A stretch of DNA of 54,975 nucleotides. It comes from Saprolegnia diclina VS20 (taxonomy: Eukaryota). The notes beneath the pieces are model-generated. The model did not search any database. It was given only the letters and a program-made list of their open reading frames with translations, and was not told the DNA's origin. Location of the stretch: contig NW_008246122.1 of NCBI RefSeq assembly GCF_000281045.1, positions 106,807-161,781 on the forward strand, given 5' to 3'. The position numbers and the translations under genes were made by a program. Positions 24,219-35,002 of the stretch are shown here, piece by piece (the first letter of the stretch is position 1; every line of letters starts with the position of its first letter).

Positions 24219-26038
24219 CTAGCCTGCCGTGATGGTACGCATCTGGCTCGACGTAATCTGGGGCATCGGAGGAAGGCCCTTGAGATGCAGCGTATCAGCG
24301 ATATGACTGCAAGCACTCGCGTTCTCGACGACCCACTTGCTCGTCTGGGCTTTGAATTCCTACAGGTTATGCGTGAGAAGCGGCCTCCACCATCAGAAAA
24401 CGCGTGCCTTGGCTTGTTGGAGGACGTAGGCCGGCGTCGTCGCCTCGCAGATCTTGCGAATTGGGTCGTTGCACGCCGAGACGTCGTTGGTGAGGTACGT
24501 TTCAAGCGCCAAGACACGTGAGAAGCAAATGCGCCAGTTCTTTTCGCTGTACGAGGACCGGAGCTTGTCAAGCTCGGCGACTCCGCGCTGCTTGAGCGTC
24601 GTTGCGCACTGCACAATTTCCATTTGCACCTACCCCAGCGCTCGAAGGTACATCGACGATAGCCATATGTACCGCCTGCATGGTTTCGAGGAGGAGGCGC
24701 AGGTGGGCGCCGCCAGGACCATAGACGAGGAGGTCGCCGCCGGTGCCAGCGAGGAGGCGCGCTTGGCGGCACGACACGACGAGGTCGGCGAGCAGCTTGA
24801 GGAGCCCGTGCATTTTGGTGTACATGTCTATCGCAATGTCAGAGCTCTAAGCTCAGAGCATTAGCCAGAGTACCATAGTCTTCCGGTGTCAAAAACGTAA
24901 TGACGCCCGAGTTGCTCTGCGTCAAAAAGGCCTTGGGCGTCATTTCCTTGGGCGTGAGGATCGCCGGTACGATCGCAGTCGCGGCCGAGTCGCAAAACAC
25001 CTAGTTTACGTGAGCGTGTCTCCAAGGTCAAGCATGTCCTACCGCATCCGACTGGATCTGGAGCTGCTGTTCGCTTGTCAACGCCATGAGCTTGCTCTCG
25101 CCGCCCGTCACGTGGTGATGGCTCTCGGGGAAAAGCTTGCTACATCGTCATCATCCTCATTGCATGCGCTTTGAAATGGAAGAAGATGAATCGCAGTACC
25201 AGAACGACGGCGTCGACAAGAGCAGTTGCAGCATCTGGCCCGACTTGGAGGTCATCGCGTCCTACACGACATGACGTGAGCCCAAATCTACGATCTACGA
25301 TGCGACCTTCATGGCGCTGTGCTGCTGCGACTGGAGGTTCGTGATCGTGCAGTCGGCCGGCGCATTGCCCGTGTTGCGGAAGACGTTGAAGAGGAACTGG
25401 ACGCCGTGGATGAGCGCGTCGGTCGCGCGCGCCTCCACGACGGTCAGGTGGTCCTTTGCGCTCGCCTGCGCGCGCTCGCACGCAATCGTCGGCAGCACAC
25501 GGTTTTCAAGGATCTCGCGAATGTCCTTGAGCGTTTTGAGGAGCGAGCGCTCGCCGCTGCCCGGTGCAAAGAGGTCGCCGCCCACATATTGGAGCTGTGT
25601 GATGTAGTTTTTGCGCTTCTCGACGTCGCGCTCGACCGACTCGGTTGTGCACGCCGCCGGCGCGAGGCGCGACATGGCCCATTCCTTGATCTCCTCGAGC
25701 AGCAACGTGCGCGGGTCGTTCATGTAGCCCGAGCCAAACTGGAAGCGGTCGGCGCGCTCCTTTTGGTAGCCGCAGATGCACGAGATGATCTCTTCCGCGG
25801 GCTGCCGCAGCAAGCCGACGACGCCTTGCATTTGCCGCACAAACGTGTGCTCGTCAAACGACGCCTTCGTCGGCACGAAGAGCGGGGCCGTGAACGTCGC
25901 GTTCATCTGCAGCGTCGGCGGCAGGTCGATGGCCTCGATGCCCATGGCCTCGAGGTACACGCGGTGCACGAACTGCATCTGCTCGATCTCCTTCCCGGCG
26001 TAGTTGACGCCCCATGGGTTCCATCGAATCGCCGACAT
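24219..26038 (-). CDS. Uncharacterised multi-exon alpha-helical protein, short paralog (MSAIRWNPW...)
   Basis: About 7 exons. Shares DPRTLLLEEIKxWA, GSGERSL, TDALIHGVQFLF and LLAGxGGDLLVYGPGG with the neighbour. The last exon needs a GC-AG intron (24360-24407) and ends ...TITAG* at 24219. Confidence 0.78.
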
Positions 26039-28740
26039 CGTCGTCGTCGCAAGCTTGTCTGATTGTGGGTTGCCTAGCCAGCACTGGCTTTGGCTGCGTT
26101 TTTCTGGGTCAAACCGGTTTAACGCACTCGGCCATTCCTCGCATGTGCGTCATTGCACGCGCGATATGCCGCCTTGACGCGGTCGAAGCGAGTCTGCATA
26201 TTCGACGTACCATGGCGATGGCAACGGACGGTGGGATGCATCGTATGCGTTCCGCGCGGCGCCGCCAGTTTAACCTACGCCGTTTGACCTCCATGACGTT
26301 CAAGTAGGTAAAAGTCATTAGACACCCTTGCTTTGCCAGTTCCCCTATCAAGTTGCACCAATCAGCGGTCGCGACAGCTGCAACGCGGGCGGCGCGTGGC
26401 ACGACCGGGATGGCGGGCGGCGGATCGGAGCCGCGGCAATCGTGGGGCCACCGCGCGCGTGGAAGATCGCAACGCCGAGCAGATGGAGCGCCAGCTTCCT
26501 CGTCTTGCGTCCGCTGGTGGAGGACCATGTGGGCGCCCGCCCTATACGCAGACAGCAGCGGCCCATGTGGCAGGATCTCGGCCCCCTGCACGCAAGAGCG
26601 ACTTGCAGTAGCTCGAGACGCGTTCCATTTGCACAGTCCATCCTGAAGTATTTCGAAACGGCGAGAAGACCGGCAGCTCCGACCAAGCTTCTCGTACACA
26701 CGATACTACAGTCGCAAGACCAGGTCCGTACCAAGGACGGAGCTCACTCGATTGATTATTGTCGTTGCGGCCACCACCTTGGGCGTGCAGTCGGTGGCTG
26801 CCAGACAAGGTCCGTCGTGATTNNNNNNNNNNNNNNNNNNNNNNNNNNNNNNNNNNNNNNNNNNNNNNNNNNNNNNNNNNNNNNNNNNNNNNNNNNNNNN
26901 NNNNNNNNNNNNNNNNNNNNNNNNNNNNNNNNNNNNNNNNNNNNNNNNNNNNNNNNNNNNNNNNNNNNNNNNNNNNNNNNNNNNNNNNNNNNNNNNNNNN
27001 NNNNNNNNNNNNNNNNNNNNNNNNNNNNNNNNNNNNNNNNNNNNNNNNNNNNNNNNNNNNNNNNNNNNNNNNNNNNNNNNNNNNNNNNNNNNNNNNNNNN
27101 NNNNNNNNNNNNNNNNNNNNNNNNNNNNNNNNNNNNNNNNNNNNNNNNNNNNNNNNNNNNNNNNNNNNNNNNNNNNNNNNNNNNNNNNNNNNNNNNNNNN
27201 NNNNNNNNNNNNNNNNNNNNNNNNNNNNNNNNNNNNNNNNNNNNNNNNNNNNNNNNNNNNNNNNNNNNNNNNNNNNNNNNNNNNNNNNNNNNNNNNNNNN
27301 NNNNNNNNNNNNNNNNNNNNNNNNNNNNNNNNNNNNNNNNNNNNNNNNNNNNNNNNNNNNNNNNNNNNNNNNNNNNNNNNNNNNNNNNNNNNNNNNNNNN
27401 NNNNNNNNCGTCACAACGACACACCGTCTCCACGTCTTGGGCTTGGAACCTGGCAACTTGCTGGATCTGCCGCGCGACAAAAAGAAGTCGACGTGCGTCG
27501 CTACTAGTACGTTGCGAGTGTCGCAGAACTATACAGCAATCGCTGCACGTTGTGCTTCGAAGCGACTGCGATGTAGTCAATTTAATGCAGTCATGGTCAA
27601 CTAATCGTACTACCCTACCCCGCACAGTACGCGCTCGTGACACGCGTGATTAGAATCTTGAACGACAAATCCGGAAAATGAACCAATCTCGATTTCAGCC
27701 AATCACCGTCGAAGGTGCGCCGTAGAGGGCTCGGGGTAGTCTCAGATGACGACCATCATCATGGTTTCAGCGCGACTGGCCTCCTGCGATGGAATTCCTA
27801 CGAGCGCGAAACCAGCGGTCAGCAATCAACCGTCGTGATAGTGCGCCTTCTGGTTGTTCTGGGCTGGTATGTCTGCGTGAACACTTTGCCCGTGTGGGTA
27901 CCCGAACGCTCGTTGGCGACGCGCGGCAGAGGTTCGCACAGCACGTTCGTGGCGCATTCGGCGACCAATCAACCGGGGTGCGATCGTCCCACACCGTTCG
28001 GGTCTCGTGGTAGGCCATCACCCAGAATACCAATCATCGACCGACGGCCGCAAGCATCACCGTATCAACCCCAATGCAACGACCCTGCGATCAACCTCCA
28101 GCCATGATGGAGAATATCACACTGGAAACTCCTTCCTTCCAGTCCAGTGCACTTGCTCTATGCGGCTTTGCACCAGCCATCGCCAGTCGCCACCGAAGCG
28201 AACGCCAACGCGTGAAAGTATCTTGCGCCAGCTGGGGACGGGGCATCGCAGGCTTCGATTAGTACCTCGCGTGACAAAACGCGCCCGCAGCACTTTGTCC
28301 CAAGACCGGATGGTTTTGCCCAAGCGTCCATCGACCATTTGACGTTGCCAGCAGTCGTGACAGCAGCCGACTCGACGTCGTCCTGTCTACCAGATCACGT
28401 TGACGCTGAGTGCTCGTCGATCGGCGCCGCGTACGAGCGATCGCCGCGTCAAGCGCGCGACCGGCGTGGGCAAAACGTGGGCAAAACCTGTGTCTCGTCG
28501 GCTTCGACGGACAAAACACGTGGCGACAACTCAAGAAAGTAAACACGATCGGATTACTGTTGGGCTCGCGACGCCAGCAGATGGCCCGTCTTCAGCATCT
28601 CAAATCATCTCAAATTGCACTGCAAAGATATTCAATTGAGCTTCACATACAAATGGTTGATCGCAGCGCACTCAACGCCGACGGCGTGTCGCAGATGGCT
28701 TGGTCACTCAGCCAGCGGTCATAGTCGTTCTTCTTGCAGC

Positions 28741-29490
28741 ATGAACAAAGCGTCGATCAACTTCATCTTGGACGCGCGGCCACCGAGCCGCAAGTGCCCG
28801 GTGCACGCGGCGCAGAAGGCTATGGAGAAGCGCTTGTACAACCGCGAGCGGCAACAGCACCTCCGCCGCATCGAGAACCACGAGCGCCAAATGCTCAAGG
28901 TGCAGATCCATGAGCTCGAGCTCGAGCTGCAGCGGCTCCAGCACCGCGGCCGACCCTCGCAGAGTCCATCTTCGCTCCTCCCGGCCGAGGTTGAGAACCG
29001 GTCACTAAAGCGCCGCATGCACGAGTACTCGTCCTTCATGCACGAGATGGCCAACTGGGCAACGCAAATCACGCAGAGCATTAGCTCGGACGCGGCATGG
29101 ATGGCGGGTCTCGACGACGACGACGACAAGAGCCGGCCATCGAGCCACGCAGCAACGGTCGAGGCGCTCGACGTCGAGAACCTCCCGTCCGGCCATCGCA
29201 AGCGCCTCTACAACCGCATGCGCCAGCGCTTGTACCGCCGCAGGGAAGTCGAGGAAGCCGACTTGCTCCAGCAGCAGGTGCTCGAGCTCACGGCCACGCT
29301 CGACGCACTCACAAAGGCGCCGGCCGAGGCCGAGCACCACTCGCGCGCCGACCTCGATCGCAGCCGGAACCACGAGCTCAAGTGCCGCTTTGACGAGCAC
29401 CAAGAACTCGCCCACTCGATGCTCGGCTGGATCGCACACACGTCGGCACAAATCGACCGTGACCGCCACTGGATTAGCGCGCAATGCTAG
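28741..29490 (+). CDS. Tandem double-bZIP transcription factor-like protein
   Basis: Two N-x7-R-x9-L-x6-L-x6-L motifs (NRERQQHLR and NRMRQRLYR), each followed by a second coiled coil ending in MxxW. Starts MNKASINFIL. Confidence 0.75.
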   Translation: MNKASINFILDARPPSRKCPVHAAQKAMEKRLYNRERQQHLRRIENHERQMLKVQIHELELELQRLQHRGRPSQSPSSLLPAEVENRSLKRRMHEYSSFMHEMANWATQITQSISSDAAWMAGLDDDDDKSRPSSHAATVEALDVENLPSGHRKRLYNRMRQRLYRRREVEEADLLQQQVLELTATLDALTKAPAEAEHHSRADLDRSRNHELKCRFDEHQELAHSMLGWIAHTSAQIDRDRHWISAQC

Positions 29491-30450
29491 TCGTATAGTG
29501 TAGTTTAGTAAACTAAAGTTAAAGTTGAATGTTGCAACCCGTTCACTTGTGCAGCATTGCATGATCAGCGATTGCACATGCAAGCTTCGGGCGCCGTGGC
29601 GACTGCACTCGGTCGTCGCTCTCGCCGGTGGTCGTCGCGCATGCAAATTCAATTGGTCGACCTCCTACCTCTGCGCGGTGTACCCAGTCGGAAGAAAGCC
29701 GTGTGGTAAACCGATCGGGACCGGCCAAGAGGCTGTCGTTACTCACTTGGCCACGAATGAAGATTTCCCACAAAAAATCACCGAAATGCCACGCTCCACG
29801 CTCAAGACGGCCGCCTCTCTACGCTCTCTACGCCACCGTGTGACACAAATAAAACAGAAAAACCTGTAGGAAATAATATCTCAATAGACTCATTCCAACA
29901 ACAACACTGCATTTGCCTGGACATCTTGGCGACTCGAAATCGTACAGGATTGTGATGGCGATGATGGATGTCGCCCCACCAACAAGATGGTCGTGAGAGC
30001 TGATCCAGTGGTATTGGCCGCGACGGGCGCTAGGAAGCTGTGCCAACAGTCGAGTGAGTAACGACTCCTAGTAGTTACAGTCAAGTTGTACACGTTTTCG
30101 CGCCAAGGCGAGGACCAAGAACGTCTTCGTTGCCGATCAGTAGGAATCTTGAAGCTATTTTTAAAAATACCTTGTTTTTTGTAAGCGTCCCAGCAACGTA
30201 TTAAAATAGCATACGTGGCATACGGTAGGACCGGCTTTTTCACGCCCAATCAAAAACCGGCACACATCCAGCCGCATACTACGTCGTTATCCGGATGCAT
30301 CTGTATTTTAATACCAGCTCGTAATAAAAACAGGTGGGTGCTGCATGCATGCAAAGGGTGAGGGGCGCCTCTTTTTATTTAAAAATGGGTGGATTTGTAT
30401 TTAATTGTACCGCCATCCCTCATTCACAGACTGGAAGACGACGAGGCAGC

Positions 30451-31911
30451 ATGGCGAGCGTCCCATCTTCGCCCTTCTCGCTGGCCGACATGGCATCCTG
30501 CGGCTACAGCTCGGACGAGATGGTCGACATGGACATGGGCCAAGTAGACGCAGCCGCGGCCGGATGCGACTTTGACGTCGACCTCGAGTGGCTCGCGTCG
30601 GTCTCGGAGCCGCCGCCGATCCCGATCGTCGTGCCGGACGCGGCCAGCCGCTTCGAGTACGTGACGGACGACAATGCGTCAATGAGCAGCGCCGTGTCGA
30701 GCCCGGCGTCCAAGCACGCTACGTCCACCAAGTCGGCCAAGGCGGCGTCGACAGACGCGTACGACAAGAAGAAGCAGTACAATCGCGAGCGCAACCGGCG
30801 GTTCCGCATGATGGAGAAGCAAGAAGCGACGCAGTTGTCGCAGCAGATCCAAGATTTGCAGTCCCAACTCAAGCAGATTGAAAGCAAGAAGAGGGCCACG
30901 ACACCGCGACCTGTCGACGACGACACTACGTCCAGCGCCGTCGTGCCGAGCAAGAACCTCTTGCCATGGAAGGACGTGGCGACGATCTTCAAGACGATGA
31001 AGGACGCGAGCTCGGAGAAGCAGTCGTCGCTGCACAGCAAGGTGCGCAAGTACAAGGAGATTGCGTGCATCATGAACTCGTGGGTCGCCAAGTCCATGTC
31101 GGTGCCCACGTTCTCTGATCCGTTCAAGCAGTCGTGGCGCAACTCGTCGCTCATGGCCCACGAAAGCTCGCGGCGCCTTGGCTTTGACTGGATCACGAAG
31201 CAGCTCTACCACAACATTGACGCCATGATCCAGCACTGCGGACTACCGTCGACCATGGCGCCGTGCAGCGAAGTCCACGTCTTCCCGCTCGAGAACGACC
31301 CGTCGTACCACCTCGTCAAGGCCCGCCAGCGCATCGAGTATGCGACCTTGGACGAGGTCACGCAGACGCTCCAGCGCCTCTATTTTCAAAAGCCGGACGG
31401 GCTCCTCGACATGCCGGACCCGAACATCATGTACTTTCGCATGAAGTCGCCGTACGGTGCGACGCAGCAAAACTCGTACTTCCAGAACATCCTTGCGCGC
31501 CAGTTCTTCGACGAGAACCGGTACGTGGTCTTCACGCACAGCATCACGGACGACGAGAAGTACCCGCTCGACCGCATCCAGCGCAATTGGACCAACTGGA
31601 CGATCGCCGAGCGCCTCGGCCACGACCGCGTCATCATCAAGCAGGTCTCGGTCGCGAACGGGCTGCGCATGAAGGACCAGTACCTGCCGTTCGACCAAGA
31701 CCCGTCGACGGCGCTGTCGACCGACCCCGTCGTTCAGTTTCGACAGTTCGAGCACAAGACGCACGTGTACCACCAGCGCATCTTTGCGCAAGACGTGCTC
31801 AAGTTTCAGCAAACGCTGGCGCAGATTCGATATGAGAACGCGACCGCGCGCATCGACTCGATGAGCCCCGAGCCGAGTCCGATGGGCAGCCCCGTCGCCG
31901 CCCAGCGGTAA
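30451..31911 (+). CDS. bZIP protein with C-terminal START-like domain (oomycete M96-like/bZIP family)
   Basis: Acidic N-terminus, NRERNRRFR-x9-L zipper, LPWKDVATIF, RRLGFDWITKQLYHN and RYVVFTHSITDDEKYP motifs. Intronless. Confidence 0.78.
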   Translation: MASVPSSPFSLADMASCGYSSDEMVDMDMGQVDAAAAGCDFDVDLEWLASVSEPPPIPIVVPDAASRFEYVTDDNASMSSAVSSPASKHATSTKSAKAASTDAYDKKKQYNRERNRRFRMMEKQEATQLSQQIQDLQSQLKQIESKKRATTPRPVDDDTTSSAVVPSKNLLPWKDVATIFKTMKDASSEKQSSLHSKVRKYKEIACIMNSWVAKSMSVPTFSDPFKQSWRNSSLMAHESSRRLGFDWITKQLYHNIDAMIQHCGLPSTMAPCSEVHVFPLENDPSYHLVKARQRIEYATLDEVTQTLQRLYFQKPDGLLDMPDPNIMYFRMKSPYGATQQNSYFQNILARQFFDENRYVVFTHSITDDEKYPLDRIQRNWTNWTIAERLGHDRVIIKQVSVANGLRMKDQYLPFDQDPSTALSTDPVVQFRQFEHKTHVYHQRIFAQDVLKFQQTLAQIRYENATARIDSMSPEPSPMGSPVAAQR

Positions 31912-32154
31912 CGCACCCGACACGATAGTAGATTCTTTGTATGCGTCCAACCACCCTGTAGAATGATGATTATGGTGATCTTGATGTTGATCTCTGAACA
32001 GTCGGTGCAGAGGCAGGGTTAGGTGGGGCTAGGGTTAAAAAAGACAAAAACTAAAATTATCCGAAGAATGAAGGAAAGCACGTTGGAGGAATCGAGGGAC
32101 GGATGCTCGATGGCAGTGGCGACACTACATTGTACTAGACACAAAGCCAAAGGG

Positions 32155-34298
32155 TTACGCCGCCTCGAGGCAGGCGACAAGATCGGCGGTGGATGGCCGG
32201 GCGGAAGGCTCGTTGGCGCAGCAGCGCTGAATGATGAATGCGAGCACGGGGTCTTGGGCCGACGACCGCGTATATGCAGCGTCGACGTGGGCAAGCAGCT
32301 TCCCGAGTGCAAACACATCGTCCGCGAACGTGCATGTGGGTGCGAATTTGAAGCTCGCGAGTTTGAGAACGCCGCTGGTCGTGAAAAAGACGTGCTTGGC
32401 GTCGAGGTGCCCGTGCATGATGCCCTGCGCATGAAGTGCGTCGAGACCTCGCGTCAATCCGGTCGCAATATCGACTTTGGACACGCGCCGTCGGGGCTCG
32501 GGCTGCGCGAGGCACGTCACGAGGTCGCCGCCGTCCAGAAACTCGAGCACGAGCTTGGACGAAGCGCCGCCGATGACACCACATAGCCGCACCAGATGTG
32601 GCGACGCACCCAGACTACAACACCAGAATAAGTTTGGGGTCATCCCATTGGACGCGTACGCAAACAGATTGCCCAAATGACGTTCGTATGCCCGCGCATC
32701 CGCCAGGACCGGAGCCACTGTCTTGAGCACCACCGGGCTCGAGCCATGCCGTGCCAGCTCGGTTGACGGCGCAAGCTGCCTCACGAACGGCACGTCGGTT
32801 GCCGCAACAATCGGGACGCCGCTGGTGGTCGTTGTGTACGGGCCAGCGTGCAGCGAGAGGCACTTGTGCACCTGCGCGGCCGTCGGGCGGTCGATCGGGT
32901 CGGCGGCCATGCACTTGTGCGCCAGCTCATAATACCAGAGCGGGCACGTGAGCGAGAGCAGCGGTCGACGACCTTCCGAGACTTGCAGAATCAGTGCATA
33001 TTCATTCGGGCAGTCTTCGCTGTACGGCCGCATATTCGTGTCGAGCTCGGTGAGGAGCACGCCGAGCGCGTAGACGTCGACTTCGGTGCCATAATGGTTC
33101 GTCGACGTCGCTTCGGGCGCCATGTAGAAGGGCGTGCCCATGTCGGCCGTCTTGGAGCGGAGTCCGTTCTCGCGCGCAATGCCAAAGTCTGCGACCTGGA
33201 CCAAGTTGTCGGTGGACAAGAGGACATTTTGGGGCTTGAGGTCCCGGTGGATGACGTTGCACTTGTGCAGGTCCACGAGTGCGGCGGCGACCGCGACCGC
33301 AATGGCTTGGTGCGGCAGCGTGCACCCCGTGCGCTCGTTGGCGCGGCACTTATCGAGGTGCGTGCGCAGATCGCCGTGGACCATGTAGGGCATGACGATC
33401 TTGGGCTGGTTGGTGTCGAGGTCGGCCATCGCGAGCAGCTGCACTGTGTGCTGCGACTGCAGCCTACCCAGGTTTGAATCATGAGGCACGATGCGACAAA
33501 GATGGTCGTGTCGTACTTGAACATGGCCGAGACTTCGCGGTGAAACGTGGTCAGGTCCTCGACTTGGTCAAGGCACTTGATAGCGACGAGGTCGTTCTTG
33601 TAGAGACCGCGATAGACCGTCCCGTGGGCGCCAGTGCCAATCGGCTGGAGCTGCTGGAGGTCGCTCGCGCTCGAAACGATCGGGATGTCGGCCACTACAG
33701 GAGCTTAGGACGTGAAAAGAGAGGGCGTTGTACTGTAGCTGGGTGCGTGGAGGAAGGTCTGCTGTGGCAAGAGGCGGCGAAGCTGCGCCAATTCGCTTCG
33801 GAGGCGTGCGTTCTCATCGCGCAGCTCTGCGATCGCGACGGCCGAGTGCACGTTGGCGATCGAGCCGAGTACGGTGTTGTTGGTCGACGACGACGACGAC
33901 GTAGCGCGCGTGCGAGGGCTCGGTGACGGGCGCTGCAGCTTGACGTGCAGGTCGCCGCAGCGTGCGCCTTCAAATTTGACGGGAAACCACGCTTCAGCGA
34001 CGCTCACCCGCCGAAAGACGTCGTTGAGGTCGATGTCGCAGATGCCAATGGGCTTGTCGCGGAGCCAATTGTTGTTCATAATGTCGATCTGCAGCACGGG
34101 CAGTGGCGACGGGACGTCCGTGAATGTCTCGGTGCAGTGCCAAATCGGCGTCGTCCCGCCGTTGTCGTGGGTCTCGGACCGACGCGGGGCCGACGTACCG
34201 AGCCGAAGCACCACGTACGGGTCCTGTACGCCAAGCTTCTGGACAACGCGGAGGTCGCGGCCTCGCACGACCGAGACGACGACGACCGACTCGCCCAT
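32155..34298 (-). CDS. C2-domain TKL-type kinase with a C-terminal pseudokinase domain (introns 33695-33733, ~33466-33515, 32615-32659)
   Basis: C2 domain (VVRGRDL...QDPYVVL...THDNGGTTPIW) and a short coiled coil. Kinase 1 has GTGAHG, VAIK, HRDLKPQN, DFG and GTPFYMAPE. Kinase 2 has HGHLDAKHV and LASF in place of HRD and DFG. Confidence 0.85.
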
Positions 34299-34715
34299 TT
34301 TGCTGTTTGTTTGGTGACCAGCTGGATTTGCGTCTTGACGTGGATTGGCCAAAATACAGCGCATGATGCATGGGATTGGATGAAAATGCGAGGCGCGTCG
34401 TGCTGCCACGTCACGGCGGATCTTGGGCATCGTGACGGATATGTCATCACCGAGAGCACGTTATGGAATGAGTGTGCTTTCTCCCTACCCTCCTGACAGG
34501 AGCGCTCGAAGCAAAACCCGTTCAAACAGACAACCAATCCTAACGTTCAATTTGACGAGAATGACACTATTGAAAAGCGATTATTGAGTAGGAATTTCGA
34601 GACAAATTTACCAAGATCCCGTTACTAGGTTGTACCTGGGCAAGAAATTAAAACCTTCCTCGTTTCGATGAGCTTTACCAATCAATATATTTCAAAACTA
34701 TGTCTACGGCGTGAA

Positions 34716-34787
34716 GGGGGTATAGCGCAGTGGTAGCGCGTCCGCTTTGCATGCGGAAGGCCCCGGGTTCGACCCCCGGTTCCTCCA
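34716..34787 (+). tRNA. tRNA-Ala (anticodon UGC)
   Basis: 72-nt cloverleaf GGGGGTATAGCGCAGTGGTAGCGCG...TTTGCAT...GGTTCGACCCC...TCCTCCA, with the G3:U70 Ala identity pair and a downstream T-tract. Confidence 0.95.
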
Positions 34788-34948
34788 TTCCTTTTGGCTC
34801 CCGCTGGTAACAAGTGCAGCTACCGCGTCGTGGCCTCGGGTAAAAATGGTCTAAGGCCCCTCCCGGGACCTATCGTGTACGATGCACGTCAATCGCCAGC
34901 GGCTGATCAATTCGGCAACATTTTGAATAAATAACTTTGTTACTTTCA

Positions 34949-35002
34949 AGTGCGTGCTAGCCACTGCGGGCCAGTGCGTGCTAGCCACTGCGGGCCAGTG
35001 CG
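34949..35002. repeat. 24-bp tandem duplication (about 2.25 copies) spanning the stop codon of the adjacent bZIP gene
   Basis: AGTGCGTGCTAGCCACTGCGGGCC occurs twice, followed by AGTGCG. Confidence 0.9.

Noticed and set aside
2466..27408. Long ORFs containing X runs
   Set aside because: They are artefacts of the three N gaps.
26300..28600. Possible gene or retroelement around the third gap
   Set aside because: No RT, integrase or other motif is visible, frames are inconsistent and the gap prevents a call.
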